This document shows positions 49,392 through 62,102 of a DNA stretch of 64,000 bases, piece by piece. Source of the DNA: Neophaeotheca triangularis (taxonomy: Eukaryota); NCBI GenBank assembly GCA_054600435.1, contig BAAIJX010000005.1, forward strand, positions 186,001-250,000. Direction: 5' to 3'. The notes under the pieces are model-generated. The model made no database searches. It was not told the DNA's origin and saw only the letters and a list, made by a program, of their open reading frames with translations. Positions within the stretch are counted from its first letter, which is position 1. Every line of letters begins with the position of its first letter. The translations under genes were made by a program, and so were the position numbers.

Positions 49392-51452
49392 ATGGCGGGC
49401 ATAGCGAACGGAGGCTCCACGGACCCCGAGACACTGTACACCAAGCAAGCATGCATTGGCGGAGGAAGCTTTGGCAAAGTCTACAAAGGCGTCGACAAGC
49501 GTACCGGCCAGTCCGTCGCCATCAAGATTATCGATGTTGAAAACGCGGACGACGAAGTGGACGACATTATTCAGGAAATATCTATCCTTGCCGGGCTCAA
49601 CTCGCCCTATGTCACCAAATACTACGGCTCCTACTTGAAGGGCTCGGATTTGTGGATTATCATGGAGTTTTGCTCCGGCGGTTCGTGCGGAGACTTGCTT
49701 CGGCCTGGCCTGATACCCGAAGACTACATCTGCATCATGATCCGTGAACTGCTCATGGGGCTGGAGTATCTCCATAGCGATGGAAAACTGCATAGAGATA
49801 TCAAAGCTGCCAACATACTCTTGGGAGCGAATGGGCAGGTGAAACTGGCCGACTTTGGCGTTTCCGGGCAGTTGACAGCGACGATGACCAAAAAGAACAC
49901 CTTTGTAGGAACACCCTTCTGGATGGCACCCGAGGTCATCAAGCAGTCTGGCTACGACCACAAAGCCGACATCTGGTCGCTTGGTATCACCGCGCTCGAG
50001 CTGGCACTTGGCGAGCCGCCCTACAGCGACATCCATCCGATGAAGGTGCTATTTCTGATACCCAAGAACCCAGCACCGATGCTGGAAGGTGCCTTCAGCA
50101 AGGATTTCAAAGACTTCGTGCACCGATGCTTGCGGAAGGAACCCAAGGAGCGACCGTCCGCAAGAGAGCTGCTGAAGCATCCCTGGGTTCGGAAAGCAAA
50201 GAAGACAGCGTATCTTACCGAGCTTATCGAGCGTCACGAAAGGTGGCAGGTCACTCACAGGCGCGACAAAGACCGAGATGAATACGATGATGATAGGGGA
50301 GCGTCGCCTGCCCGTGATTCTGACGAGGAAGACCTTTGGGACTTTGGTACGGTTAGACCAGCTGGTAGACGTGGCCATGGTGGTCCCGGCCTACGTGCTA
50401 TGGACGAGAGCGGGATGAACTCGAAAAGGCCACAAGCTCAATCATCGCCAGGCAAACGCTCGGTCTCGAACAAAGAGAACGCCTACGGATCCGATGATGA
50501 GAACGAAACCAGGGGAACGCTCAAACAAATGCCTCCGCCGCCACTCCCAAAGACTCCGTCTTCCACAAACGGCGGCACCTTACTTCAATCTCCTAGCAAA
50601 GCAGCACAAGTGCCTCTGCCAGCCTCACCAACTCGTAAGCCCATCTCGCAGATGCCTCCACAGACACCTCCACAACCTTCCGGCCCCCAGCAATCACCAG
50701 CGTCTGCAAAACCGCCCGCTACGCCACAAACCCCACGCATGCTTAACGATGACTTCTTGCAACAAAGCATAGCGAGCGATATGTCACAATACATGAAAGG
50801 TCTTTCCATACAAGACGAGCCAGTCACCGCACCGAATCTGCAGCAGAATCAGAGGACAGAGCCACGGCAAGACGAGTCTGCGGCCTCGAACGACAACGGT
50901 CAACAAGCAACCAACGACCTATTTCATAAGCCTCTACCGTCTCTTGCACCATCCACAAACGGTTCGAGGTCGCAAGCGCATGTCCAGCAAATACCAGCTC
51001 CAATCGAGCCAACATCGCTCTCTTCTAGGCCGTCATCACAAGCCTCCTCATACAGCAGCGCGCCTCAACAACAACAGCAACCCCCCTCCACATCCCTACC
51101 ACCTGTCCAAGACTCTCCCCAAATCACCGCCCTCTCCTCCGTTGTCCTCCCCGCCCTCGAAGCCGCCCTCCACCGCCGCAGCTACCAACTCTCCCTCTTG
51201 CAAAAACAACAAGCCCAACAGCAGCAGCAACGCACAGCCGCAGACGGCTCCCTCGCACAGAACCAGGATCTACTCCTCAAACGCCAGACCCACGACCAGA
51301 TCCGCAAGTGCATGCAAAAAGTCTCGAAACTTTTCCGTGAAATGGATTATTGGGACTCAGTCGCGCCGGTGGGTATGGGAGATGGGGTTGAGGGGTTGTT
51401 GGAAGGGTATCTGGAGGAGGTGCTTTGTCGTGTTGAGGCGGAGGACGTGTGA
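49392..51452 (+). CDS. Ste20-like GCK-III kinase (MST-1/Ppk11/STK24-like)
   Basis: GGGSFGKV, HRDIKAAN, DFGVSGQL, TFVGTPFWMAPE, IHPMKVLFLIPKN; C-terminal helical domain. Confidence 0.92.
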   Translation: MAGIANGGSTDPETLYTKQACIGGGSFGKVYKGVDKRTGQSVAIKIIDVENADDEVDDIIQEISILAGLNSPYVTKYYGSYLKGSDLWIIMEFCSGGSCGDLLRPGLIPEDYICIMIRELLMGLEYLHSDGKLHRDIKAANILLGANGQVKLADFGVSGQLTATMTKKNTFVGTPFWMAPEVIKQSGYDHKADIWSLGITALELALGEPPYSDIHPMKVLFLIPKNPAPMLEGAFSKDFKDFVHRCLRKEPKERPSARELLKHPWVRKAKKTAYLTELIERHERWQVTHRRDKDRDEYDDDRGASPARDSDEEDLWDFGTVRPAGRRGHGGPGLRAMDESGMNSKRPQAQSSPGKRSVSNKENAYGSDDENETRGTLKQMPPPPLPKTPSSTNGGTLLQSPSKAAQVPLPASPTRKPISQMPPQTPPQPSGPQQSPASAKPPATPQTPRMLNDDFLQQSIASDMSQYMKGLSIQDEPVTAPNLQQNQRTEPRQDESAASNDNGQQATNDLFHKPLPSLAPSTNGSRSQAHVQQIPAPIEPTSLSSRPSSQASSYSSAPQQQQQPPSTSLPPVQDSPQITALSSVVLPALEAALHRRSYQLSLLQKQQAQQQQQRTAADGSLAQNQDLLLKRQTHDQIRKCMQKVSKLFREMDYWDSVAPVGMGDGVEGLLEGYLEEVLCRVEAEDV

Positions 51453-52580
51453 TGCCTGCCACTACTGGAGTAGAGAGGCTCGATGGTGAGGAAACATTCT
51501 GGGCAAACAGTCTACGGCGTTTTTGTGCAGAGAGAGATCCGGAAGAATTGTTCGCACGACCAGGTGCTCAGGAAGGAGGTGTGCTGCGTTCTTAGCGTTG
51601 GGCGTTGGAGTTTGGTGAAACACACAGTCACAGTATCTTCGTAGACACTACCATCCAGGATGCGAATGAAGTTTATGTTCATGGATACGACCTTTGGCGG
51701 TAGAAATGCGTGAGTGCGCTCCGTCCAAGATATTGGCCCTACCTGCTCTGGTCGAAGCCGCTTCCCAATACTCGCTCCAGCCATTGGACGGCACTTCCTC
51801 CTATTGCTCCCGACTTCCTGGGACCTAGGATGCCGGGACCGCAAGCAAAGAGCTAGGTATGATCTTATCGCAGTTGGCTACTGCATGATATTCCCATTTG
51901 CACGAAGTCTAGTGGCAGCGACCAGCGTGAAGGTGCTGGCCTTTGTACACTTTTGCTTCGAGCACACGTCTGGCTGGCTCGGCACGTTCTACACGGACGA
52001 CGAATTACACTTCGCGAACATCTTCAGGTAGGCGGCAGACGCGAAAGAGGCGAAAGGGGTAAGACGATTCACAGACCTACCTCCTACCCACAAGCCACAG
52101 GACCCCGCCTTCTCTTGGAGAGCTATCCCGGATAGCGCTCTAAGTAAGTCTAGAAGAGTGAGTAGAGATGTAAATTGAGAAGTAAGTGGAGGAGTAGGTG
52201 AGTAGTAAATGGAGGAGTAAGTCGTGGGGTGGGGAAGGAAGTAAGAAGAGGAGCGAGCGGAGGAATGAGCTTGGGGAGAAGTAGTATGAATTGATACAGT
52301 TCACCTTGATACAGCTGTAATGAGCTAGTGCTATATAGCCGAGTGATGGCGTTAATAGGCGAGAGAGACTCGATGTCGAACAAGGAGGAGGCTGCCGACA
52401 CGCTATTGGACATCACAGAAAGGAAAAGGGTAGAGAAGCATTTAGGTGACCATTCCCACGTTGATACAAGTACTTACCTCAATTCCAAAAACACAAAATA
52501 TCACAATGCGTTCCCCTCCACGATAACACCCAAGAACCTACCGTAAACCGGAACGCCCAGCCAAAAAGGAGAAACGTCAC

Positions 52581-53693
52581 TCACCTACACGCCGGACACT
52601 TTCCCTTCTTCAAAACCTCACCCTCGTACCCACAACACTCACAAGCCTCCATACTCCCACTAGGCGCCTCGTCACTAAATCCAAACCCCGAATCATCCGA
52701 CCCGCGCCTCTCGAGCTTCACTCGCCTCCAAGGTGGGTAAACCCTGTCGACAACCTGCTCGCCAAAGGCAACCGCCAACCTATCAGCAACAGGCAGCTTG
52801 AAAGCATCCGGGTCGCGAGGCTTGGGTCCAAGGCCACAAGGATCATCGCGGTAGCGCTGCGTGTTAGCCCAGTAGAGCGCCTCGTTGCGATCGTGAGCGG
52901 ACATTTCCTTACCGGAGAGCGTCGAGGTGGGGGAAGGGTTGGCGTCTTTGCTGCGGCCCGGTTGCGCCATGGCTTCGAGCGTTGCGGGGTCGATGGAGCC
53001 GTCGGTGATGGTTGTGACGTTGATGCCTTGGGTCTGGAGGTAGCGTTTGAGCTTGCGCTCGTCGCGGCGGGCGATGCGGGCGAGTTCGCGCTCGTCGTCG
53101 GCGAGATGGGCGTCGCGGGCGGATTTGTCCACGGCGCCGTGCGCGAGCAGGTAGTCGACTTGGTATTGCGGGCGGGTTTCGGGGTGCAGTTGGCGGTGGG
53201 TTTCGATGCTGTCGGAGTGGGCTTGTTCGAGCTCGAGGAGGGATTGGCGGCGTTGGGCGGGTCGGAGCATTGTCAGACTTAGGCGGCGCTTGACGCTGTC
53301 GACGATTGAAGTGAGGGAGCTTTTGCGGCGGGTCGAGGTGGGGGTGCTGGTGCCGTTTTTGTTTGGGCGGGAAGAGGGGGTGATGTCGAGTTCGGTGGGT
53401 TTGATGGAGCGGAGCTCGCGAGAGATGGCGGGCTCGCAGAAGTAGCCGTTGGCGTCACGGTGGGCGATGCGCAGGCCCTGTTGGTTCTTCATTTCTGGCA
53501 TGGTAGTTGGCACACGAGGTCTGACGTAGTTGTTGGCGGGTTGAATGGGGAGGCTGCTTGGGGTGAGTAAGGCATGGGACACGCTGACTCTGGTGTTCGA
53601 ATGGTGAACGTTGGAGTCTGCGCGTCTCTTGCCTTTGACGGCGCCGTTGCGTTGGAGGGAAGAATGACTTACTTGGTTGGTATAGGCGCTCAT
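52581..53693 (-). CDS. hypothetical protein with C-terminal CxCC..CxxC motif
   Basis: 370-codon ORF from CCCACCATG at 53693, with coding-like GC3; no family recognised. Confidence 0.6.
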   Translation of the reverse strand: MSAYTNQVSHSSLQRNGAVKGKRRADSNVHHSNTRVSVSHALLTPSSLPIQPANNYVRPRVPTTMPEMKNQQGLRIAHRDANGYFCEPAISRELRSIKPTELDITPSSRPNKNGTSTPTSTRRKSSLTSIVDSVKRRLSLTMLRPAQRRQSLLELEQAHSDSIETHRQLHPETRPQYQVDYLLAHGAVDKSARDAHLADDERELARIARRDERKLKRYLQTQGINVTTITDGSIDPATLEAMAQPGRSKDANPSPTSTLSGKEMSAHDRNEALYWANTQRYRDDPCGLGPKPRDPDAFKLPVADRLAVAFGEQVVDRVYPPWRRVKLERRGSDDSGFGFSDEAPSGSMEACECCGYEGEVLKKGKCPACR

Positions 53694-54391
53694 GGTGGGA
53701 TTTGAGTGTTGTATGGTTTGTTGTTGAGGTGTGCAAATGTTGAAAGTCAGTAAGGATTGCTTGGGGCTCACCACTGTGCGATTGTTGAAGGCGCAGGCTA
53801 GCTGTACACCGTCGTCAAAAGCTCAGTAGTAATGGAGTGGAATTTAGATTGGCAAATTTGTGGAACGATGGGTTGCGAAGAAGAGGCATGAGATGAACGA
53901 CCTTTTATCGGAGCTCGAGGTGGCGAACAAGGAGGATCATTACACAAAGACTTGGAGAGTCAAGTCAAAGGCTGTCAGAAACTCGGGTTTTCGAAAGATA
54001 AAGAAGTATGAAACCCATTGTATCGGTGAAAGAGAAGACTTACAATGGACAATGCTGGGGGGAAGGTGGACTAGTCCATACAGACAAAGCGAGAAAGTTT
54101 GAAATCATTTTGGATTGACAATGTCATTGCTAAATGCTTGCTATACTGGCATGCTGAAAGGAGAAACCGTGTTGTGCATCGTCTTCGGCGCAAGAGGTTA
54201 GGTTCGAACGGGCGATGAAGCAATGCGTGGGAAGAGAGTAAAAGTAATACGAAGTAAAGATGTATGACTGCAGCCCTGTGCGAACATCCAGACGCCTGTG
54301 CGATCGTTAGGCATGTCTGGGTGACAAGGAAAGGGTGTACCGGCGTCATACCTTGATCGATTAATTATGCTTGAAAAGACCCCATGGCACT

Positions 54392-55595
54392 CTACAGTGC
54401 GAACGTAAGAGCAGCGACAACGATAGCCATGACGGCGGAAGAGACAAGGCCAAAGCTAGTCAAGCTGGAGCCGGCGCCATCGTAAGGCTTCGGGTCCATG
54501 TCCATGCCCTCGTCGTGCTTGTCGCCGGGCATGCCTTCCGAGGGTGCGGGCGCAGCGGGTTTACCGTCCGCGTCAGCGGTCGGGTATGGAGGTTTGGCGG
54601 CATCGGCAGCGTCATCGCCCTTGGGTGGCATGGCAGGGTCGGCGGCATCGTCGGGCTTGACGCGGTCGGCAGTGTTCTCGCCTACTGGAGGAGTAACAGC
54701 GTCGGCCGGGGCATCATAAGCTGGTGGTTGAGCAGCGTCGGCTGGGGAGTCATCAATCGGGGGCTTAGCAGCATCGGCAGGAGCGTCACCAGGTTTGTCA
54801 CCGTCGACAGGTGCCGCTGGCTCAGGGCAAGGCTCCTTGGTGCATACTGGGCGAGCCGGAGCAGCCGGGTCAGCGGGTGCTGGCGCTGTTGATGTTTTGT
54901 CAGTAAAGAAAAATGAACGACGTCAACGGGACAAACGCACCATCGCCAGGCTGGCCAGTAGGGGCGGGGCTACGGTCACCGTCGTCGCCACCAGCGCCGG
55001 GTGCAGGAGCAGGAGCGTCACCACCAGCGCCACCAGTAGGAGCAGGAGCGTCACCACCAGCGCCACCAGTAGGAGCAGGGCCAGGAGCGTCGCCTTCCCC
55101 ATCCGCGGGGCCAGTCGGGCTGGCATCGGTCGGCCTGGGTCCCATGCTAGTACCCTCGGTGGCTTCGCAGTCGCAGGGTTCGGTGATGGTGACGGGCATA
55201 TCGTCCTTCTCGCAGCCGACCGTGCAAGTCTTCTCCGTGACTGTGAAGCCCGGAGGAACGTGAGTCTCGCCGGGGTGGCCGCATGTAGGTGTCGGCTCAT
55301 CGGCGCAGCTCTCGGTGATGGTGTAAGTGTGGGGCACTGTACCGGTCGGGCAGAGCGAGTCGTAGACGGTCGTGTAGACGGTAGTGTGCATGGGTGGTCG
55401 TGTCATGTCTGGGCATTCAGAGCAAGTGGTCGCGGTCACTCCCTCGGTGATGGTGATCATCGTCTCCATGGTCTGCTCGGGGCAGTCGGGGTAGTAGATC
55501 GTGGTGTACGAGACGGGTGCCGACTCGTAACCTGCCTGAGCGTAAGCGCCAGTGGCAGCCAAAGCCGCCGCAGCAGCAGCAGTTCTCGCCTTCAT
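54392..55595 (-). CDS. GPI-anchored Pro/Ala/Thr-rich cell-wall protein
   Basis: Signal peptide, Cys/Thr-rich domain, intron 54940-54886, PAD-rich repeats, C-terminal GPI signal GAGSSLTSFGLVSSAVMAIVVAALTFAL. Confidence 0.85.
55006..55079. repeat. 33-bp coding tandem repeat
   Basis: ggagcaggagcgtcaccaccagcgccaccagta x2 plus a partial copy; encodes TGGAGGDAPAP. Confidence 0.85.
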
Positions 55596-57058
55596 CTTGT
55601 CAAATGTGGTATTATTAAAGTATTATTGGGGTAAGTGGTGCAGTGACGTGAAGGATCAGGGGGGATAAATGAGTGAATGAAGTTGGTGGTATTGATACAC
55701 GACTTTGCTGAGGAGACCGAACGAGTGAAGATCCGCCGCAAGCAGTTGCTGTGATGGAGAAGAACTAAGGTTCGAGAATGTGAGGGAAACAAATCTTATA
55801 CACTTGCCTGTTCGCGGTGCTGGGGTTGTTGATACCAGCTGCATTCCAGAGGCAGATTGTCTGCTGGCCAGCCTACCATTCCAAGCATGGGCACCAAACA
55901 GCCGAAAACGGCAACTACCGTACACTTGGGAGATGAGCACACGCTGGAGCAGAGTTCAGGGGCCATGCGTGCATGCGTGCGTCCATGGTGTCGAAGTGGA
56001 AGGCTCACGGAAAGCGCAATTTTCCAGGACGCGGCAGCGTTCGCAGTACACCAGGTCTCGAGCGGCCTGCGCCTCCTTCAGAGAGAGAACATCCTTCGTT
56101 TCACAGTGTAGTGGTCGCGGACCGCTTTTGCTTCGCTAACCAGGCCACAGGGGTGCTCATTGGATTTTTGAAGCCAAGCTTCACGTTTGCGGATTTCGAC
56201 ATGCGCATGCTCCCAGCCACAATTTAGACAGGATCAAGGGACACCTCGTTTAGCTAAGTCGCTGACTATCATAGGGGTGTTCAAGAGGTAATCGTGGGTC
56301 CGCCGTTAGCAGCCCCTGGTATCGTACTCAGGTTTTGCCATCCTCGAGTCCTCCTCCTTGGCCGGAACGCGGTACACTAGATAGCTTGGGCGAGACAAGG
56401 CCGATGTCTGCCAGAAGCCTAGCCTCCCGGTTCCGCTATATCTTGAGGTGATTGCATGCCACAGGGAGATGTTGTTTTGACTCGCGTAGAGAAGACATGC
56501 TGCTTGGCGTTGCTAAACGTCGCGAGTGAAGGAACAGAGCTCCTGATGCTGCTTGAATGCCCGGGGAAAAGGAGGATGTAGCATCAAGCCTGCTTGACTT
56601 TGTAATCTTTTCTTCTTCCTCTCTTTGATCCAATCCTGGTATGTGGCGCAGTGAAGGCCTTAAGGTCATTCGGCCGCCAGGCATATTTTCCTTTCCTAGG
56701 GGTCGGTGGCATGCGTTCCTCTGGCCTGGACATGTATTTGTTGCGTCCGCTACTGACCAAGGTGTACCGATACGTTTCCAGTATTTGACAATACATGCCT
56801 GTAAGGTACTAAGGACACAGGTCTTCATGTACTTACAGTACCTACCAAATGAGGTGTTGTTGGCAGGCGTGGTAGGTTTGCCGTGCCGAAGCTTCCTTTC
56901 CTTGTGAATCGTCGTCCCGTCGTCAGTTCGCCTGCCGACGGCATCCGTTCTGATGTCACAACTCTCCCCCCAATCAAACACCGTCCAAACTCTCGACAAC
57001 AGAATGATCATGTCCATCCAGACCACACCATCTCCCGGCCCAGCTCAGCCCAGAGACA

Positions 57059-58647
57059 ATGCTGGCAACACGCAGGTCGGTGGCATTGGCTAGTAGTAGC
57101 AGCCTCTCAGCAGCACCCTTGCGCAACCCCATCAGCCGCAATGCCTCCCTCCCACTCCTCCAGCGCCGGGACATGTCCGTTCAGCAGCTGGACGAGCAAC
57201 GGAACAATCGCGAGCGCATCGTGATCCTCGGCTCCGGCTGGGCGGGCTACACCCTCTCCCGCGAGCTCAGTCCCAAGCAATACCAGGTCGTCGTCATCTC
57301 CCCTCGCTCCTACTTCGTCTTCACCCCCTTACTGGCCTCGACATCCGTGGGCACGCTTGAGTTCCGCACTGCTCTGGAGCCCGTTCGCTCGCGACGTTCT
57401 CAGGCCGAGTTCTTCCAAGGATGGGCTGACGGCGTGGACTTGGAGCGCAAGACGCTGCAGATTGAGGAGGCAGTTGAGGACCCTTTGCAAGGGCGCGCGC
57501 TCGCTTCGGACAGACACGGCGACGAATCGGTCGGGGAGCGACGGCATGAGAAGCAAGCGCAGGCGAAAAAGGGGGAGTTGTTTGAGATGGGCTGGGACAA
57601 GCTGATAGTGGCCGTGGGCTGCTACTCGCAGACCTTTGGCACCAAGGGCGTCAAGGAGAACGCCTACTTCCTCAAAGACGTGGGCGACGCGCGCAAAATC
57701 CGCAACCGATTGCTGTCGTGCTTCGAAATGGCAAACCTGCCCACTGCTTCCCCGGCAATGATCAAGCAGCTTCTCAACTTTGCCGTCGTCGGCGGCGGTC
57801 CTACTGGTATCGAGTGGTCGGCCGAACTCCACGACATCATAAAAGAAGACATGACCAAGCTCTACCCGCACCTCGTGCAACACGCGCGCATCACTGTCTA
57901 CGACGTCGCTCCGACAGTCCTTAACATGTTCGACGAGAAGCTAGCAAACTACGCCATGGACACTTTCAAACGCGAGGGCATTGACATCAAAACCTCCCAC
58001 CATGTGCAAGAACTGCGCGAAGGCGTACCCAAGGGTCTCGAGGGCGAGGTCAAAAACGGGCAGACCTCCTACACGCTCGACCTGAAAGAGGAAGGCGAAG
58101 TGGGCGTGGGCATGTGCGTCTGGAGCACCGGGCTAATGATGAATCCCTTCGTAGAGAACGCACTCGACGGCAAAGTCTCGCGCGACGAAAGGTCCGGCGG
58201 CATCCTCACCAACGACCGTCTGCGCGCTCTCGATCCCAACGGCGAGCCGATGAAGGACGTCTACGGCGTAGGTGATTGCGCTGTCTTGCAGAACACTTCG
58301 TACCCGGCGACGGCGCAGGTGGCCAACCAGAAGGCCAATTGGCTGGCCAAACGGCTGAACAAGCAAGACATTGAAGCCCGAGGCTTCACTTACAAGGATC
58401 TCGGTGTCATGGCGTACGTGGGATCTCAGAAATCTATTGTGCAATCCGGGGGCGGCGATATAAGCGGTAGAGTCGCTTGGTTGATCTGGAGAGGCGCCTA
58501 CTTGGCCAAGAGCGTCAGTTGGCGGAATCGCATTTTGATACCCGTTTATTGGTACGTTGTCCCTTTTGATTCAAGGGCATGGGTAAAGGCTAACGACTAC
58601 TCAGGACTGTAAATTGGCTCTTCGGCCGAGACATTTCTCGCTTCTAG
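57059..58647 (+). CDS. mitochondrial alternative (type II) NADH dehydrogenase
   Basis: Presequence; ILGSGWAG, FTPLL, VVGGGPTGIE, GDCA, PATAQVA; intron 58552-58604 gives the typical end WLFGRDISRF. Confidence 0.92.
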
Positions 58648-58950
58648 ATGAAAGCATGTAAGCCATAATGCTGTAACAAGACCCGATATACATACATGGA
58701 TACATACACTCTTCTGCTCTACCAAGGCTAGGTCGAAACTCCCGTCAGGTAGACTGGCTGACACGAAAACATTTGCAGCGGTTAGTCGGCAATACTGGGT
58801 AAGGGTTTCTGGAAAGTGAGGCCTTGGCCTTTTCCGGAAAAGAAGACGCAACCAAGAACCAAATACCTCAGATTTCATTGAACATTAAACACTACCTTAG
58901 TCTACAGTAAGTAAAGCCTCCTCCACCATCTCCTGTCCTTTCCTCCCGCC

Positions 58951-59166
58951 TCAATAACAACTCCATCGCCCATGTCCCTGCCTAGCCATCTTATCTTCCC
59001 CCTTGCCCTTCTCTCCGGGTCCCAAGATCCGGCACTGCCGGCAGTTGCGCCCGATTCTGCGCGGCACCATTCGCGGCGAGCAGTTTTCCGCTTGCGAGCA
59101 GTGGTGCGTGGGGCGGATGAAGAGGACGTGGCCGCAGAGGCCCGTGGAGCGGATGTGGTGGCACAT
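58951..59166 (-). CDS. small Cys/His-rich protein (putative metal-binding)
   Basis: 71 aa; M-C-x8-C-x-H...C-x5-C-x12-C-x2-C; motif shared with the neighbouring ORF. Confidence 0.5.
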   Translation of the reverse strand: MCHHIRSTGLCGHVLFIRPTHHCSQAENCSPRMVPRRIGRNCRQCRILGPGEKGKGEDKMARQGHGRWSCY

Positions 59167-59672
59167 TCAGTCGTTTTCGTTTTTCTCTCGTGGGGGGGTT
59201 TTTTTTTGGTTGGTAGTTGTTGGATTTATCGGTTGGTTCAGCGTGTTGATGTTGTTGATGGCCTGGTGTACGAAGCCTGCTTCGGTGCCGTTGTTGATGG
59301 CGGTGGTTGGGTTTTCGCAAGTGATGTGTGTTTGATTACTGGTGAGTTCCTCTTTTGTCGTGGAGTCGATGCTTCTTTCCCTCCTGCCGTGTGCGGTCTT
59401 GCTTCCTTTTGTCGGCCACGTGGTGAGGATGGTATTTCTTTGTCTCGAGTCTTTGCTTCGTGAGCTTTCTTTGTCCTGGCGTTCTTTGATGAACAAAGAC
59501 TTGGTCTTCAGATTGTCTCTGAAACGCGAGACGACTGGCCGGAATCCATTATTCACAGCATAGCATGGCGATCGAAACAGCAGCCATCCGACGAGAACCA
59601 TCAAAGGTACCAACAACCCACCCCAGCGACCAACTCCCTCCCCGTTCCCCACCCTCGCGAAAGACTTGAACC

Positions 59673-59909
59673 TCAGTAAACTGTCCACCTTCCCCACCCA
59701 TGCATCCTCACCTCCCCAGCCCTAACCACCCCAATCCTCCCTCCAAAACTATACTCACAAGCCGCGCAGTAGCGATCAACAGGCAGCACGATGGCCTTGA
59801 CAGTGCAGCACGTCTTGGAGTGCCGACACTTGACCTTTTTGCGCAAGAGTTTGGCGCGCTCGCCTAGCGTGTGCTTGCATTTGCCTATCGGGTGCAGGTA
59901 TTCGCACAT
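59673..59909 (-). CDS. small Cys/His-rich protein (putative metal-binding), probable paralog of 58951-59166
   Basis: 78 aa from ATG 59909 (ACAATG); M-C-x8-C-x-H...C-x5-C-x13-C-x2-C. Confidence 0.5.
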   Translation of the reverse strand: MCEYLHPIGKCKHTLGERAKLLRKKVKCRHSKTCCTVKAIVLPVDRYCAACEYSFGGRIGVVRAGEVRMHGWGRWTVY

Positions 59910-60938
59910 TGTTCTATGTATCAAGTCGGGATTGGGGAAGGGGTGGGGGGCGTTGCATGGGCTCGAGGGTCGGATTGGATGTTGGGGGGAGTGTTTGGAT
60001 GGAATCTAATAGACGCGGGCCCGGTGTGTGTGTATATGTATGCAAGTGATTGTTGCTAGACGGCCTTGGTGGTGTGGTGTTCTAGGCTGGTAGCTATCGG
60101 GGTTTGATGTGCTGTATGGTGCTGCACTTGGTAGTTAGGGAAGCTAATGTACTCCAAGTGGAGCGGGGCTGTTCATGCAGTGCGGTGATGATCGGGGTCA
60201 CCGTGAGGTTTCACAGCATAAACAGCGATGGTAATTGCGGGAGGAGGGGAAATCTGAATAGATGGGGGTGATGGTTGTTTACTACAGTACTTGGTCTGCT
60301 CGTGCTAGAGTAATATACTTGCGATGTACTGGGCGAACTCTGGCGGAAGACTGGGGTGATGTACTGAGCGAATGACTGTCTGCTCATTGTCATCACCGCA
60401 TTGATCTTGAGACAGATCATCGACGATAATGGTGTGGTAGCTCTGTTGGTTGGTCCTTGTCATGGACCCGACAAGTACAATACTTTCCAGTGGTTGATAC
60501 ACACCGGTCCGGAGGGTGCCATCGAGTGAAGTGTGTTTAACGCCAGGTCCAGCGTCGGTCCAAAGTCAAAATTGCTTAGGCTTCTGTCAGCTGACAGCAA
60601 TTGGGGTACAATGCTTGTTTTCCAGGTATCAGAGGTCCATGCTTCTTGCTATCAGGTGATGTGAGCCCCGTTAGCAGTCGACAGGAACTACTCGGTAAGC
60701 ACTATACACATCGCCATCGGCACGTACCGCACGGTTGATGGATACAGATGCCGTTTGTGATCCACAATGTATCTACCTTGCCGTCGATGAAGTGTCTTGC
60801 CAATGTTGCCATGTCTTGGATGCCATTCTCGATCAAGCCTGTTTGGGAGTTGCTGAGGCGTTGTACTTTGCCGTGGTGAAAAGTCTAGCGCCGGACATGT
60901 ACTTCCAGTATACACTGCAGCCGTCGCACAATCCAGCG

Positions 60939-62102
60939 TCAAACTCCATTCGTGGCAAGTCTCTGCTTCTCCGAGATCCCGTGCCCGGAGCCGTCAAGTG
61001 TCTCCTCTTTATACGCCTGAGCTGGTCAGCAAATCACCCCTCCAGACGCTAACGATATACTCACCGCACAAGCTCTCCGTACCCCCTCCGCCAGTCCAAC
61101 CCTAGCCCTGTAGCCAAGAATCTCCTCGGCCTTCCGGCAATTTGCATACTGCGTCCTCATACCATCCTTAACGCTCCCCCGACTTAGCGTCGAGTCGGTT
61201 CCGAATAACCATTCCGTAAACTCGGCCACGGCCCCCGCCGCCCAAGCCAGTCCGGTGGGAATGTAGAATCGACGTTTCGGATGGTGCCCAAACTGCGCCC
61301 ATATGTAGGCGAGAAAGTCCCAGAAGTAAACTGGCTCCTGGTTCGAGATGAAGAATACTTCTCCTGCGGCGGTTTGTGTTGTCAGGAGGTTCTCGACGGC
61401 CAGGACGTGCGCTTGGGCGGCATTGTCGATGTATATAAAATCGTAGAGGTTATTGCCGTCGCCGACTACGAATGGTGTTTCGCCTTTCGCAATGCAGTCG
61501 GCCATTGTTGCAATGACGGATGTGTCGCCGGGACCAATGATGGTGGAAGGTCTCAGGGCGCAAGCCATGAGACCCTTTTGTGCCAGCTCCGTCGACATTA
61601 CACAACGCTCGGCCTCTGCTTTTGATTGACCGTAGTGGAGGCTGGCGTTTCCGAGTGGCATCCGCTCGTCCATGTTGTGATAGTCGCGGTCTATATCGTC
61701 CGTCACAGCGGTGCAGCTTGAGGTGTATACGAAGAGCTTACAGCCCGCATCCATGGAGGAGTTGAGGATATTTTTCGTACCTTCGACGTTGATAGAGAAG
61801 ACATGATCCCGATCGGATTTCAAGGTACTATACCGCTTGCGACGCGCCGGTACAATGCCAGCAGTGTGGACGACAATGTCCGGTCGATAGGCCGAGAGTG
61901 CCGCATCGACATTCTCCGGCGAGCGGATATCGACTTGGAAGTGTCGATGCAGCCTTTCTCTGACGGCGGCCTTGGGAGCATGTAGGTCCAGTGTCGATAT
62001 ATTCCATGTCGGGTATTTGTTCAGCAGAGCGTCTGCCACTGCGTTACCAAGGAAGCCAGCGCCTCCGGTCACCAGAACGTTCAGATCTTCCTTGACGGCC
62101 AT
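60939..62102 (-). CDS. 3-beta-hydroxysteroid dehydrogenase-like extended SDR (Erg26/NSDHL-like)
   Basis: TGGAGFLG, VHTAG, YTSS, YGQSK, LRPSTIIGPGD, GDGNNLYDFIY; intron 61064-61017. Confidence 0.88.

Noticed and set aside
56436..57026. 196-aa ORF upstream of and antisense to NDH-2
   Set aside because: No recognisable domain or coding-like composition; overlaps the promoter/5' UTR
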